Both the position numbers and the translations under genes were made by a program. The notes under the pieces are model-generated. The model made no database searches and was not told the origin of the DNA. It saw nothing but the letters and a program-made list of their open reading frames with translations. Positions 40,285 through 50,177 of a stretch of 64,000 nucleotides of DNA are shown here, piece after piece. Each line of letters begins with the position of its first letter. The first letter of the stretch is position 1. Origin of the DNA: Candidatus Helarchaeota archaeon (GTDB lineage Archaea > Asgardarchaeota > Lokiarchaeia > Helarchaeales > RDOG01); NCBI GenBank assembly GCA_019058315.1, contig JAHPZH010000001.1:279436-343435 (forward strand), read 5' to 3'.

Positions 40285-40397
40285 TTCCTTAAAAGGATCA
40301 TAAATTAAATGATTAATAAATTAAATAGATTAAAACAATTAAAAAAACTGGATTAAATGTTATATTTTAATTTTTTAAAAAAAATTAATGATTTCGA

Positions 40398-41888
40398 ATG
40401 AAAAAGATAAAAGACAAATTTGAAAGGGAAGCAATTAAAGAAATAAAGGAAAAACTAAAAATTAGTGATTCGAGGTTCGTTGTTAAGGAAGGGCATGTAA
40501 CAGAACTCCATTTAGATGATTGTGGTCTAAAAGAAATTCCTAAAATACTTGAAAATTTACCTTTTTTACAAAAATTATACTTTGATACAGACCCTATAAA
40601 GGATTTATATTATACTCCCGATAATGAAATTTCAAAAATAGAGAAGTTAGATAACCTAACCGAATTAACAGATTTATCAATCTCTTTTAATCAAATTACA
40701 AAAATAAAGGGCTTGAAAAACCTTACAAACTTGCGTTACTTGAATCTTTTAAATAATAGAGTCACGAAAATTGAGGGACTTGAAAATTTATCAGAATTGA
40801 ATAATTTAAATCTCATGAATAATCATATCAAAAAATTAGAAGGTTTAGAAAATCTCACCAAATTAGAAAAATTTTATGTTAGATCAAATGATATTAAAAG
40901 GATAGAGGGGCTTGAAAATCTATCAAAACTGCAAATTTTAAGTCTTGAAGCAAATAAAATTTCCAAAATAGAAAATTTGGATAAATGCCTTAATTTAAAA
41001 GTTTTAAATCTTTCAAAAAATAATATTGAAATGATCGAAAATCTTGAGAAATTGTCTCAAATAGATGATTTAAACCTTAGTATGAATCAAATCCAGAAAA
41101 TTGAGAATATAAATAATCTTATTAAACTTCGAAGGTTGTGGTTTGATGTCAATAAAATAAATGAAATAGAGGGTTTAGATAATCTAACCGAATTAGAACT
41201 TTTAGCTCTCTCAAGAAATTCAATTACTAAAATAGAAGGCTTGGATAAACTCTCAAATTTACAAACATTATTTCTTTCTGATACGCAAATTAAAAAAATT
41301 GAAGGGTTAAATAAACTTACACAACTTAAAAGATTGGAATTAAGTAATTGTAGAATTTCAAAGATTGAAAGATTAAAGAAATTATCCAAATTAAAATCTT
41401 TATACCTTATTGGGAATCAAATAACGGAAATAACAGGGTTAGAACATCTTTTAGAATTAAAAGAACTAACCCTTATTGGAAATAAAATAAATAAAATTCA
41501 AGGATTAGAAAATCTAACAGAATTAGAAAAATTAGATCTTAATGGAAACGAAATTACAAAGATAGAGGGTCTTAAAAGTCTTTCCAAACTTAAACAACTA
41601 AATTTATATAAAAATCAAATTACCCGAATCGAGGGATTGGAATATTTATTTGAATTAAATTATATAAGACTTGATGAAAATCCGCTAGATAAAGAAGATG
41701 AGAAGATAAAAAAGAAAATGGCAAAAGAACTAGTTGAAATTTGTAGGCAAAGAAAATTAGAAGCTTTGGTTAGAGAAGTTGATATTTTAAAAGCACAAAT
41801 GAGCATGAAAGGATTAAAATTAGCGGATTATAAACATTTGGAAAAAGAAATAGAAGAACTTTATAAAAAGATAAAAGATTTTAGTTAA
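40398..41888 (+). CDS. SDS22-like LRR protein with C-terminal coiled coil
   Basis: About 16 22-aa LRRs; LDENPL cap followed by helical tail. Confidence 0.93.
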   Translation: MKKIKDKFEREAIKEIKEKLKISDSRFVVKEGHVTELHLDDCGLKEIPKILENLPFLQKLYFDTDPIKDLYYTPDNEISKIEKLDNLTELTDLSISFNQITKIKGLKNLTNLRYLNLLNNRVTKIEGLENLSELNNLNLMNNHIKKLEGLENLTKLEKFYVRSNDIKRIEGLENLSKLQILSLEANKISKIENLDKCLNLKVLNLSKNNIEMIENLEKLSQIDDLNLSMNQIQKIENINNLIKLRRLWFDVNKINEIEGLDNLTELELLALSRNSITKIEGLDKLSNLQTLFLSDTQIKKIEGLNKLTQLKRLELSNCRISKIERLKKLSKLKSLYLIGNQITEITGLEHLLELKELTLIGNKINKIQGLENLTELEKLDLNGNEITKIEGLKSLSKLKQLNLYKNQITRIEGLEYLFELNYIRLDENPLDKEDEKIKKKMAKELVEICRQRKLEALVREVDILKAQMSMKGLKLADYKHLEKEIEELYKKIKDFS

Positions 41889-41965
41889 ATTAACTGATTT
41901 TTACTATATTGTAAATCCAAAAATTGTATTAAAAAAAATAAAAAAAATATAATTTGCTGTTTCTA

Positions 41966-42110
41966 TTACTTCATTAACCAAAAATATCCATATAAACCAA
42001 TTGCAATTACGAGTCCTATAAGTCCTATAAATACAGCTACTGCGAATAAATTACTTTCCTTTGGTGATAAAAGTTGAAATATTAGAAGTGTGACGAAAAT
42101 TATATAAAAA
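41966..42110 (-). pseudogene. Orphan 3-prime gene fragment encoding a C-terminal membrane anchor
   Basis: Reads ..TLLIFQLLSPKESNLFAVAVFIGLIGLVIAIGLYGYFWLMK* with no nearby start codon; resembles the C-terminus of the 42147-43784 protein. Confidence 0.5.
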
Positions 42111-42146
42111 AAAAGGATTAAATATGAATGCTGTATTGAATTAGAG

Positions 42147-43784
42147 CTATTTTTCTTGAAGATATAAGACTAGAAAGCCTATTGCTATCGCAATACCTAT
42201 TACTAATCCAAAGATAAGTAGTGAATATGATGGTTGTTCTAGAAATAGTAATAGAAATAATCCCCAATTAAATGGTTTTGGTTGATAATTTATTATCTTT
42301 TGAGCAAATATATCATAGTTAGCATTTCTAGTATCATACCAAGTGACAATTGCACCATCTGAACCACCACAGCAAAGCTTGGGATTAGATGCATAACCTC
42401 CTAATGCAGATATTACTGCTCCCTTCGATCCCCATTGTATATTGCCTTCCGAACTTACTAACTGTCCATAAATGTCTGTCGGGAGTGCTAATATATGGAT
42501 GCCTGAAATAGATAGCGACTCCGTAGCTCTTGTATCTCTCCAACATATGAATGCCCCCCCATTTCCATTGCAACAAATTTCAGGAACCATTTGTGATCCT
42601 ATTGCATTACATATAACTGTACCATTTATTTCCCACTGGGTATGTCCGCTTGAATTTACCTTTTGTGCATATATATCATCTTTTGCTGTTCCAGTTCTAT
42701 TCTTATCTTGCCAAGTAATAATAGCCCCACCTACCCCATCAGAACATAGTTTGGGCTCTGATTGTAGGTATTCTGCATTACATATAACAGTTCCGTTTAT
42801 GTCCCACTTAACTGCTCCAGTTGAATTAATTTTTTGTGCATAAATTCCATCATCTGCGCCCCTATCGTCAAACCAAGTAATTATCGCACCCCCAGATTCG
42901 TCTCGGCATATTTGGAGATCTTTCTGTTCTTCCTCTGCATTACATATAAGTGTTCCATTAGTTACCCATTGTGTTCCACTTGAATTGATTTTTTGTACAT
43001 AAATATCACCTAAAACACCACCAATTCTTTCGTCTTTCCAAGCGATTATTGCACCTCCTGCTCCATCACTACAAATTTGAGGGTCAATTTGATCATAATT
43101 TTCGTTACAAATTACAGTTCCATTTGCTCCCCATTGTATACCACTTGAATTAACATATTGTGCATAAATATCAGAATATGTCCCATTCCTGTTATCTTCC
43201 CAAGTTATTATTGCACCTCCCAAATCGTCACAACAAATTTTGGGGTTCTCTTGGGTATTTTCTGCATTACATATAACCGTTCCATTTGGATCCCAAAGTA
43301 ACAATCCTTGAGAATTAATATTTTGAGCATAAATATCATAATTTCCATTTCTGTAATCCTTCCAAGTAATTATTGCACCTCCATCTCCATCATTACAAAT
43401 TTCAGGCAGCATTTGATTTGAATCAGCATTACATATTATTAATCCATTTAGTGTCCATTGTATTTGTCCTTTTGAATCAATTTTTTGTGCATATATATCG
43501 TATTCTGCCAATCCTGACCGATTATAATCTTGCCAAACGATAATTGCACTATTATTTTCATCGCAGCAGATTTGTGGTGCCAATTGAGAATAAGGTTCTG
43601 TGCAAATTTCAATATCACTACTACCCCATACTTTTTTACATATTCCACTTGAAGTAACGAAGTTATTTTTTGCATTTAAATTGTTTAATATATCCAGATT
43701 GCTAGTAGAACCAATTGTATTTATGCTTAAAAAGAATATATTTGAAAATATGATTAAAAATATTAACACAAATTTAATTTTCAA
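42147..43784 (-). CDS. Secreted beta-propeller-like repeat protein with C-terminal TM anchor
   Basis: Signal peptide; about seven ~62-aa repeats Q..P.IC.DG.GGAIITW.D.R...DIYAQKI.S.G...W..NG..ICNA; terminal TM. Confidence 0.85.
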   Translation of the reverse strand: MKIKFVLIFLIIFSNIFFLSINTIGSTSNLDILNNLNAKNNFVTSSGICKKVWGSSDIEICTEPYSQLAPQICCDENNSAIIVWQDYNRSGLAEYDIYAQKIDSKGQIQWTLNGLIICNADSNQMLPEICNDGDGGAIITWKDYRNGNYDIYAQNINSQGLLLWDPNGTVICNAENTQENPKICCDDLGGAIITWEDNRNGTYSDIYAQYVNSSGIQWGANGTVICNENYDQIDPQICSDGAGGAIIAWKDERIGGVLGDIYVQKINSSGTQWVTNGTLICNAEEEQKDLQICRDESGGAIITWFDDRGADDGIYAQKINSTGAVKWDINGTVICNAEYLQSEPKLCSDGVGGAIITWQDKNRTGTAKDDIYAQKVNSSGHTQWEINGTVICNAIGSQMVPEICCNGNGGAFICWRDTRATESLSISGIHILALPTDIYGQLVSSEGNIQWGSKGAVISALGGYASNPKLCCGGSDGAIVTWYDTRNANYDIFAQKIINYQPKPFNWGLFLLLFLEQPSYSLLIFGLVIGIAIAIGFLVLYLQEK

Positions 43785-43866
43785 ATTAATAACTCTCCTA
43801 TATCACAATTATAGTGTTATGGATAATAATTTAAGTTGTATATAAAAAATTAAAAAAGTTGTTTAA

Positions 43867-44826
43867 ATGAATTTTGATAAAATTTGTAAAAAAATTAAAT
43901 CACTATTAGAAAAAGTTGTTAAAAAAAACTTGGCAGAGGGTATATTGCTTTCTGGAGGTCTGGATACTAGTATTATAGCGACGTTAGCATCAAAATTTAT
44001 AAAACTAAATGCAATTACTATTGCTTTTAAAAATGCCCCAGCTTTAGATATTAAATATGCTAGATTGATGGCAGAATTTCTTCAAATTGATCATATTGTT
44101 CATTATTTTGAAAAAACTGAACTATTTAACGCAATTAACAAAACTATAGAAATAATGAAATCGTTTGATCCCATGGAAATACGTAATAGTGCAGCGATTT
44201 TTATCGGTCTAAATAAAATAAAAGAAAATAATATGTCTGCTGTTATGACAGGTGATGGGGTCGACGAATTATTTGCGGGATATAGTTTTTTCTTTGGTAA
44301 ATCAGAAGAAGAATTGACTTTGGAACTTAAAAAAATATCAAATATTATGTCATTTTCGTCCATTCCATTAGGTAAATTCCTAGGAATTGAAGCAAAACTT
44401 CCATATATTGATCCTGAATTTAAAAAATTTGCATTAGAAATACCTTCACGTTTTAAAGTCTATAGAGAAAAAGGGCAAATAATTGGGAAATGGATATTAC
44501 GTAAATCATTTGAAAAAATCTTACCTGAAGAAATTGTTTGGAGGAGTAAAGCTCCAATTGAACAAGGTTCGGGCACATCTATACTGCCAAAATTATTCAA
44601 TCAAGAAATTTCCGACACTGAATTTAATAAGAAAAAAAGAAAATTTCTTGAAGAAGATTTGGTAGATATTAGGGATAAAGAACATTTAATCTATTATGAA
44701 ATATATCGAAAATCTTTGGGTGTTCCACATCCTGTTGATCCAAATCAGAAGATCTGCCCTCATTGTAATTCCAATGCACCTAATGGAGCTAATTTTTGTA
44801 AAACTTGTGGAGCATATCCAATATAA
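43867..44826 (+). CDS. Asparagine synthetase-like ATP pyrophosphatase domain (no glutaminase domain) with C-terminal zinc ribbon
   Basis: LLSGGLDTS, TGDGVDELFAGY, KWILRK, WRSKAPIEQGSG; CPHC..CKTC. Confidence 0.85.
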   Translation: MNFDKICKKIKSLLEKVVKKNLAEGILLSGGLDTSIIATLASKFIKLNAITIAFKNAPALDIKYARLMAEFLQIDHIVHYFEKTELFNAINKTIEIMKSFDPMEIRNSAAIFIGLNKIKENNMSAVMTGDGVDELFAGYSFFFGKSEEELTLELKKISNIMSFSSIPLGKFLGIEAKLPYIDPEFKKFALEIPSRFKVYREKGQIIGKWILRKSFEKILPEEIVWRSKAPIEQGSGTSILPKLFNQEISDTEFNKKKRKFLEEDLVDIRDKEHLIYYEIYRKSLGVPHPVDPNQKICPHCNSNAPNGANFCKTCGAYPI

Positions 44827-44978
44827 ATTTGCTAAATTCATGGGATTTTTATCACATTTCCGCCAAAATTGAAGCATTTTTTTAAGAGATAAATTCAAAA
44901 AATAATTATTATAAATGATATCACTAAAGTATTTTATATTTCAATTATATATAATTGAATTAAATGTGAGGTTTATAA

Positions 44979-45494
44979 ATGGAGAATAAATATCTTTATG
45001 TTTCAATTACACTCATACTTTGGTTTGTAGTAGATTTGATTTTTCTATTTTTGATTGCAGATTATTTCTATTATTTTGTTTCTTCATTAATTCTCATGGG
45101 TGCTAATTTAATAATCTTTTCAATTGGTTATATTAACTATGAAATGCATGAAAAACCGTACTCAATTATGTATTTCATAAATTCAATTCCTTTAATTCTA
45201 TCTTTTTATTACAATCTTCTTGATAAAACTCTTATATTCATTCTAATGCCAATAATTATTGGGATAATTTTCCTAATTGTTATTGCAATAACAAAAAAAT
45301 TAGGGGGATTTGATTTTGATACAATTGTTTTCTTACAATGTCTCCTAATTATTCCATTATTATACTTAGCAGACCTAATCATTATTATCATCTACGGAAC
45401 TCTTGGGATTCAACAATTTCCTTTTCCATTTGGCTTTTTAATATACCCCTTAAATTATATTTTCTTAATCATCCTAGTTGGAACTGCAAGATAA
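44979..45494 (+). CDS. Hydrophobic membrane protein
   Basis: Five to six TM segments; gaggt SD upstream. Confidence 0.65.
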   Translation: MENKYLYVSITLILWFVVDLIFLFLIADYFYYFVSSLILMGANLIIFSIGYINYEMHEKPYSIMYFINSIPLILSFYYNLLDKTLIFILMPIIIGIIFLIVIAITKKLGGFDFDTIVFLQCLLIIPLLYLADLIIIIIYGTLGIQQFPFPFGFLIYPLNYIFLIILVGTAR

Positions 45495-45593
45495 ACAAAT
45501 ACATTATTTCTATGAAACAAAATAAGCTATATTCGCTTTTTCTCCATTTAAATCCATAATTGATTTATATTTAAGCTATATAATTATTAGTGA

Positions 45594-47009
45594 GTGGTAA
45601 AATTGAGACCAATTTTTCAATTTTTAAATAAATATGAAATAGAAGAGATTTATCTTAATGCTTTGAAATTATTAGAGGACTTTGGAATTTATTTTGAAAA
45701 AAGAGAAACTCTAGATTTATTTAAAGAGGTTGGCTGTAAAGTTGATATCGAAAAGAAGATCTTATTTATTCCAAGATCATTAGTTGAAGAATCTCTTAAA
45801 TCAGTTCCATCCGAATTGGCTTTATATAACAGAGAGGGAAAAAAAGTTATCTCATTATCTGGAAATAGTACCATCTTTAATCCGGGTTCGGCTGCTATAA
45901 ACATTTTAGATGGTAAGACTTTAGAGATCAGAAAACCTGTTACTAAAGATTTTATTGATTTTATTAAATTAACAGATGCATTAGAGTATATAGAAGCTCA
46001 AAGCACGGCCCTAGTAGTTAATGATGTACCGGAATCTATCGTTGATAGATATAGGCTTTATCTTGTACTAAAAAATTCACCAAAACCAATCATTACAGGA
46101 GCTTTTACTATCGAAGGAATTCATATAATGAAAAGAATGTTGGATGTTGTTACTGATGGTAAAATAGCAGAAAAACCTATGGCTATTTTTGATTGTTGCC
46201 CTTCACCTCCTTTAAAATGGAGTGAACTTACATCTCAAAACCTAATTGATTGTGCAAAATATAAATTACCTATTGAATTAGTATCTATGCCATTAGCTGG
46301 AGCAACTGCACCTGTCACCTTAGCTGGAGTTTTAGTAACTCATACAGCTGAAAACCTTAGTGGAATTGTTCTATCTCAAATAGTAAATAAAGGGGCACCA
46401 GTTATTTGGGGAGGATCTCCTACATGTATGGATATGCGTTATGGAACTACTCCTATGGGAGCTATTGAGGCAGTGATGATTGATTGTGGCTATGCACAAA
46501 TTGGTAAATATTTAAATTTGCCAACACACGCATATCTAGGGCTATCTGATTCGAAATTGAACGATTATCAAGCTGGGTTTGAATCTAGTATTGGAATTAT
46601 TCTTGGGGCAATGATGGGAATAAATGTAATTTCTGGACCTGGGATGCTTGATTTTGAGAGCTGCCAAAGTATGGATAAACTTATTTTGGATAATGAAATT
46701 TGTGGAATGGCGAAAAAATTATGTAATGGGATATTAACCAATCCAGAGACTATTAGTTATGAGCTTTTTAAGGAATTAGGTCATCATGAAACCTACCTGA
46801 TGGCGGATCATACTTTAAAATGGCATAAAAAAGAACTATTCATTCCGTCATCGATTATCGATCGCCAGAATAGAATTGCTTGGGAAAATAAAGGTAAGAT
46901 ACCGATTTTAAAAAGAACTCAACATGAAATATCAAAAATTCTAAAAGAATATAATTCTATACCATTAGATTCAGATAAAGAAAAAGAATTAGATATGATT
47001 TTTAAGTAA
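45594..47009 (+). CDS. mttB: Trimethylamine methyltransferase (MttB) superfamily, non-pyrrolysine
   Basis: SPPLKW, GATAPVTLAG, GAPVIWGG, DMRYG, GLSDSK..DYQAGFE, GMLDFE; no in-frame TAG. Confidence 0.9.
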   Translation: MVKLRPIFQFLNKYEIEEIYLNALKLLEDFGIYFEKRETLDLFKEVGCKVDIEKKILFIPRSLVEESLKSVPSELALYNREGKKVISLSGNSTIFNPGSAAINILDGKTLEIRKPVTKDFIDFIKLTDALEYIEAQSTALVVNDVPESIVDRYRLYLVLKNSPKPIITGAFTIEGIHIMKRMLDVVTDGKIAEKPMAIFDCCPSPPLKWSELTSQNLIDCAKYKLPIELVSMPLAGATAPVTLAGVLVTHTAENLSGIVLSQIVNKGAPVIWGGSPTCMDMRYGTTPMGAIEAVMIDCGYAQIGKYLNLPTHAYLGLSDSKLNDYQAGFESSIGIILGAMMGINVISGPGMLDFESCQSMDKLILDNEICGMAKKLCNGILTNPETISYELFKELGHHETYLMADHTLKWHKKELFIPSSIIDRQNRIAWENKGKIPILKRTQHEISKILKEYNSIPLDSDKEKELDMIFK

Positions 47010-47063
47010 GTAGTTTTTGGTAATTTATTTTATTCCATTAGATTATTTGTTTAATCGAAAGAA

Positions 47064-47104
47064 CAACTATTGTCAAAAGTGGTACTAGACTATTTGACAA
47101 GTTG
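47064..47104. promoter_or_regulatory. Imperfect inverted repeat upstream of ABC/PadR operon, candidate operator
   Basis: caactattgtcaaaagt-ggtactag-actatttgacaagttg, core ttgtcaaa/tttgacaa. Confidence 0.5.
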
Positions 47105-47195
47105 AATATATATAGAAAGTTTCGTAAATTATTTTGCGATTGAAATTATGGAAATTTGTATAATTTTTATTAAAAATTAGGAAGTTCTTTAAAAA

Positions 47196-48401
47196 ATGAC
47201 TGACATTTTAGATGAAAATAAGATAACAAATATTATTGAGGTTAAAAACTTAACAAAAACTTTTGGTGCTGACTCAGATCCAATGAAAGTTGAGGCTGTA
47301 AAAGGAATTAACTTTTCTGTAAAAAAAGGTGAAATTTTTGGTTTTTTAGGTCCTAATGGAGCTGGAAAAACAACCACATTAAATATGCTTTCAACTTTAT
47401 TATTCTCGACATCGGGAACGGCCATAATTAATAATAGCGATATAATAAAAGAACCCGATCTAGTTCGAAAAAATATTGGCATGGTATTTCAAGAAACCAG
47501 TGTGGATATTGATTTAACAGGTTGGGAAAACATGGAATTGCATGCTATTATGTATGGATTAGATAAAAAGACCAGAACTAAAAGAATTAAAGAAATGCTT
47601 GAAATTGTGGACTTGTCTGATAAAGCAAAAACTCTTGTTCAAAATTACTCCGGCGGAATGAAAAGACGTCTTGAAATAGCAAGAGGATTATTACATTATC
47701 CAAATTGTTTATTTTTAGATGAGCCAACTATTGGTCTAGATCCCCAAACACGTAGAAGCATTTGGGATCATATCAAAAAACTTAACCAAGAATATGGAAT
47801 AACTATCATTCTTACAACCCATTATATGGAGGAAGCAGATGAACTTTGTGATAGGATTTGTATAATAGACCATGGGGAAATTATTGCCCTTGATACGAGT
47901 GAAAATTTAAAAGCAAAATTAAAAGGGGACACTATTTTAATGGAATTTGAGAATAATAAGGATTTAATAAAATTTAAGGATAAAATCAAAGACTTTCCTG
48001 GCATAAATGCCATAAAATTAGTTATGGATAGGAATGGAATTGCTTTAAACCCCCAAAACATGCCAGGACACCCTCCTATGGGGGGAGGACCCCCTATGCC
48101 TGGAAAAATACCAAAGAAAATGATGAAACAAATGCAACAAATGATGATGAAGATGAAAGATCAACACTCAACAAAATTGAATATAACAATTGAAAATGGT
48201 GGTGAGAAAATTCCTGAGCTTATCAAAATTGCAAATGATTTAGAAGTAAAAATTAAATCTTTGACAATTAAACAGCCCAGTTTGGAAGATGTTTTTATTC
48301 ATTACACAGGACGTTCAATTAGAGCCGAAGAAGGGGAAGGTAGAATTCATCTTATCAGAAAAATAATTCAATCTAGGATGGGAGGCGGCAGAAGGCATTA
48401 A
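47196..48401 (+). CDS. ABC exporter ATP-binding protein (DrrA-like)
   Basis: GPNGAGKTT, YSGGMKRRLEIA, LDEPT, TTHY, PSLEDVF. Confidence 0.93.
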   Translation: MTDILDENKITNIIEVKNLTKTFGADSDPMKVEAVKGINFSVKKGEIFGFLGPNGAGKTTTLNMLSTLLFSTSGTAIINNSDIIKEPDLVRKNIGMVFQETSVDIDLTGWENMELHAIMYGLDKKTRTKRIKEMLEIVDLSDKAKTLVQNYSGGMKRRLEIARGLLHYPNCLFLDEPTIGLDPQTRRSIWDHIKKLNQEYGITIILTTHYMEEADELCDRICIIDHGEIIALDTSENLKAKLKGDTILMEFENNKDLIKFKDKIKDFPGINAIKLVMDRNGIALNPQNMPGHPPMGGGPPMPGKIPKKMMKQMQQMMMKMKDQHSTKLNITIENGGEKIPELIKIANDLEVKIKSLTIKQPSLEDVFIHYTGRSIRAEEGEGRIHLIRKIIQSRMGGGRRH

Positions 48402-48406
48402 TAGAG

Positions 48407-49186
48407 GTGAGAATGATGAAAATATTGGATATTGATTTTACCGTATCGTTTGCATTATCAAAACGGGAATTTATAAAATATGTACGAAATCGTTCCCGGT
48501 TAATTACATCCTTATTTCAAAGTTTAATGTTTGTCGCTATTTTTGGTGTTGGCCTGGGAAATGTTTCAAGAGTGGCAGCAGGAATGATTCCTCAAGCAGT
48601 CTTGTTTACAGGAATATTTGCTGGTATTTCTATTGTCATTGATCGGATGTTGGGATATTTAAAAGAAATTATGGTAGCCCCGATATCAAGAACTACAATT
48701 TCAATGGGAAAAGCTCTGGGTGGAACTTTTGTTGCCAGTATTCAAGGAATAATTGTATTAATAATAACATCTGCTTTAGGCCTTTACGGATATGATATTA
48801 ATTTAATTGCTAAAATCTTATTGGTCTTGCCCTTGATTTTCCTAACTGCATTCTTAACTACCAGTTTAGGTAATTTAATCGCAGCAAGACTTGCCGATAT
48901 GCATCAAATGCAGTTACTTATGACTTTTCTTGTCATGCCCATGTTCTTCACGAGTGGGGCTCTTATTGATTTCAAAGGGTCACCATTTTTCTATATAACA
49001 TTAATAAATCCCTTGACTTACGCTGTGGATGCTATGCAACAAATTTTGATCAGTCCAACACTATTCGGATCCCTATTTTCAACTACTTATCTGCCATTGC
49101 TCGTAGATTTTCTTGCATTACTCGGTTTCAGTCTGATCTTCCTATTTTCAGCTGCTTATATTTTTAGAAAATCGGAGGCAGTTTAA
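48407..49186 (+). CDS. ABC-2 type permease (DrrB-like)
   Basis: Six TMs; GYLKEIMVAPISR, NPLTYAVDA. Confidence 0.9.
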   Translation: MRMMKILDIDFTVSFALSKREFIKYVRNRSRLITSLFQSLMFVAIFGVGLGNVSRVAAGMIPQAVLFTGIFAGISIVIDRMLGYLKEIMVAPISRTTISMGKALGGTFVASIQGIIVLIITSALGLYGYDINLIAKILLVLPLIFLTAFLTTSLGNLIAARLADMHQMQLLMTFLVMPMFFTSGALIDFKGSPFFYITLINPLTYAVDAMQQILISPTLFGSLFSTTYLPLLVDFLALLGFSLIFLFSAAYIFRKSEAV

Positions 49187-49213
49187 CTCTTTAATTTCTA
49201 GAAATTGATTTAA

Positions 49214-50140
49214 ATGAAATCAGAAAAAATTCGATTTAGAATCTTAAAAATATTAAAAGATTTCCCTACCTATGGATATAATTTATTTTTAATGTTATCA
49301 GAAGAAGGCCTAGTTAATAATGCATCCGAATCATATAAGGTTCTTCGATCATTTAGGAAAAAAGGTTTAATAGTTGGGGAGGTCTCAAAATCATCACAGG
49401 GACCAAATAGAACTATTTATTCTCTGACTGAGAAAGGATTAGATGAGTATTATTCTCAAGTTATAGATTCAGCTATTAATTTTTTTGAATTAATGATAGA
49501 AGCAAACTCAACAACCATTGTAGAGGTGATTAAGGAAGGAACAAGAAGGCTGGATTTAGATATTGAGAAAATAGAGCATAAAAAAATATTTATTGATTCT
49601 TTTCAAATTGCACATCGATCTCAGAGTAACCTTATTCATAAATTGTTAATACCACTGAAAAAAAAGAATCAAGTATATTTACAAAGTAAAATAATGGATG
49701 AACATGAACTTATGTATTTTAAGGATGGTATTTTAGACATCAGAATATTAGATGAAAATTTAAGTATAAAACCTCATATGATGGATATAATATTTGCTTT
49801 TGGCCGAACTTCAAAGGATCTATTTGAAAAGCATATTATAGAAATTTTGAAAGTACTCAAAAGGGAAGGAATTTTATTTCTGTTTATTAGAAGGAGAGAA
49901 AATATTAGAGAACCAAAGATTTTCAAAGTTTTTATAGATGATTTATTTAAAAATATTCCTGAAAAACAGCATAAGAAACTCCAACAAATTGTACCATTTC
50001 ACTATTCGATAGAATTTCCAGAAAATCCACTAAAAGATAATGAGATAAAAGATTTATTATTCAATTACTTTGAAAAGGTAGAATTATTTCCTCTTCCTGC
50101 ATCTCTAAGTGTAATTTTAGCAAAAAAATCAAAGTTATAG
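49214..50140 (+). CDS. PadR family regulator fused to a degenerate methyltransferase-like domain
   Basis: PTYGYNL..Y.VL..GPNRTIYSLTEKG; C-terminal MDIIFAF..KVLKREGILFL. Confidence 0.75.
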   Translation: MKSEKIRFRILKILKDFPTYGYNLFLMLSEEGLVNNASESYKVLRSFRKKGLIVGEVSKSSQGPNRTIYSLTEKGLDEYYSQVIDSAINFFELMIEANSTTIVEVIKEGTRRLDLDIEKIEHKKIFIDSFQIAHRSQSNLIHKLLIPLKKKNQVYLQSKIMDEHELMYFKDGILDIRILDENLSIKPHMMDIIFAFGRTSKDLFEKHIIEILKVLKREGILFLFIRRRENIREPKIFKVFIDDLFKNIPEKQHKKLQQIVPFHYSIEFPENPLKDNEIKDLLFNYFEKVELFPLPASLSVILAKKSKL

Positions 50141-50177
50141 ACTTTTTTCAGAGATGAAATAAATTAAAATAGGACTA

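Noticed and set aside
38402-41389. Repetitive antisense ORFs inside the LRR genes (38402, 38600, 41087) and the other short overlapping ORFs in the track
   Set aside because: They mirror codon periodicity of well-supported genes on the opposite strand or frame; no independent motifs.
37138-41888. Diversity-generating retroelement acting on the LRR genes
   Set aside because: No reverse transcriptase in the window, and differences between repeat copies are not confined to adenines.
45594-47009. Pyrrolysine-containing MttB or general amber recoding
   Set aside because: The ORF is uninterrupted with Leu at the Pyl-equivalent site, and TAG terminates ordinary genes in this window.
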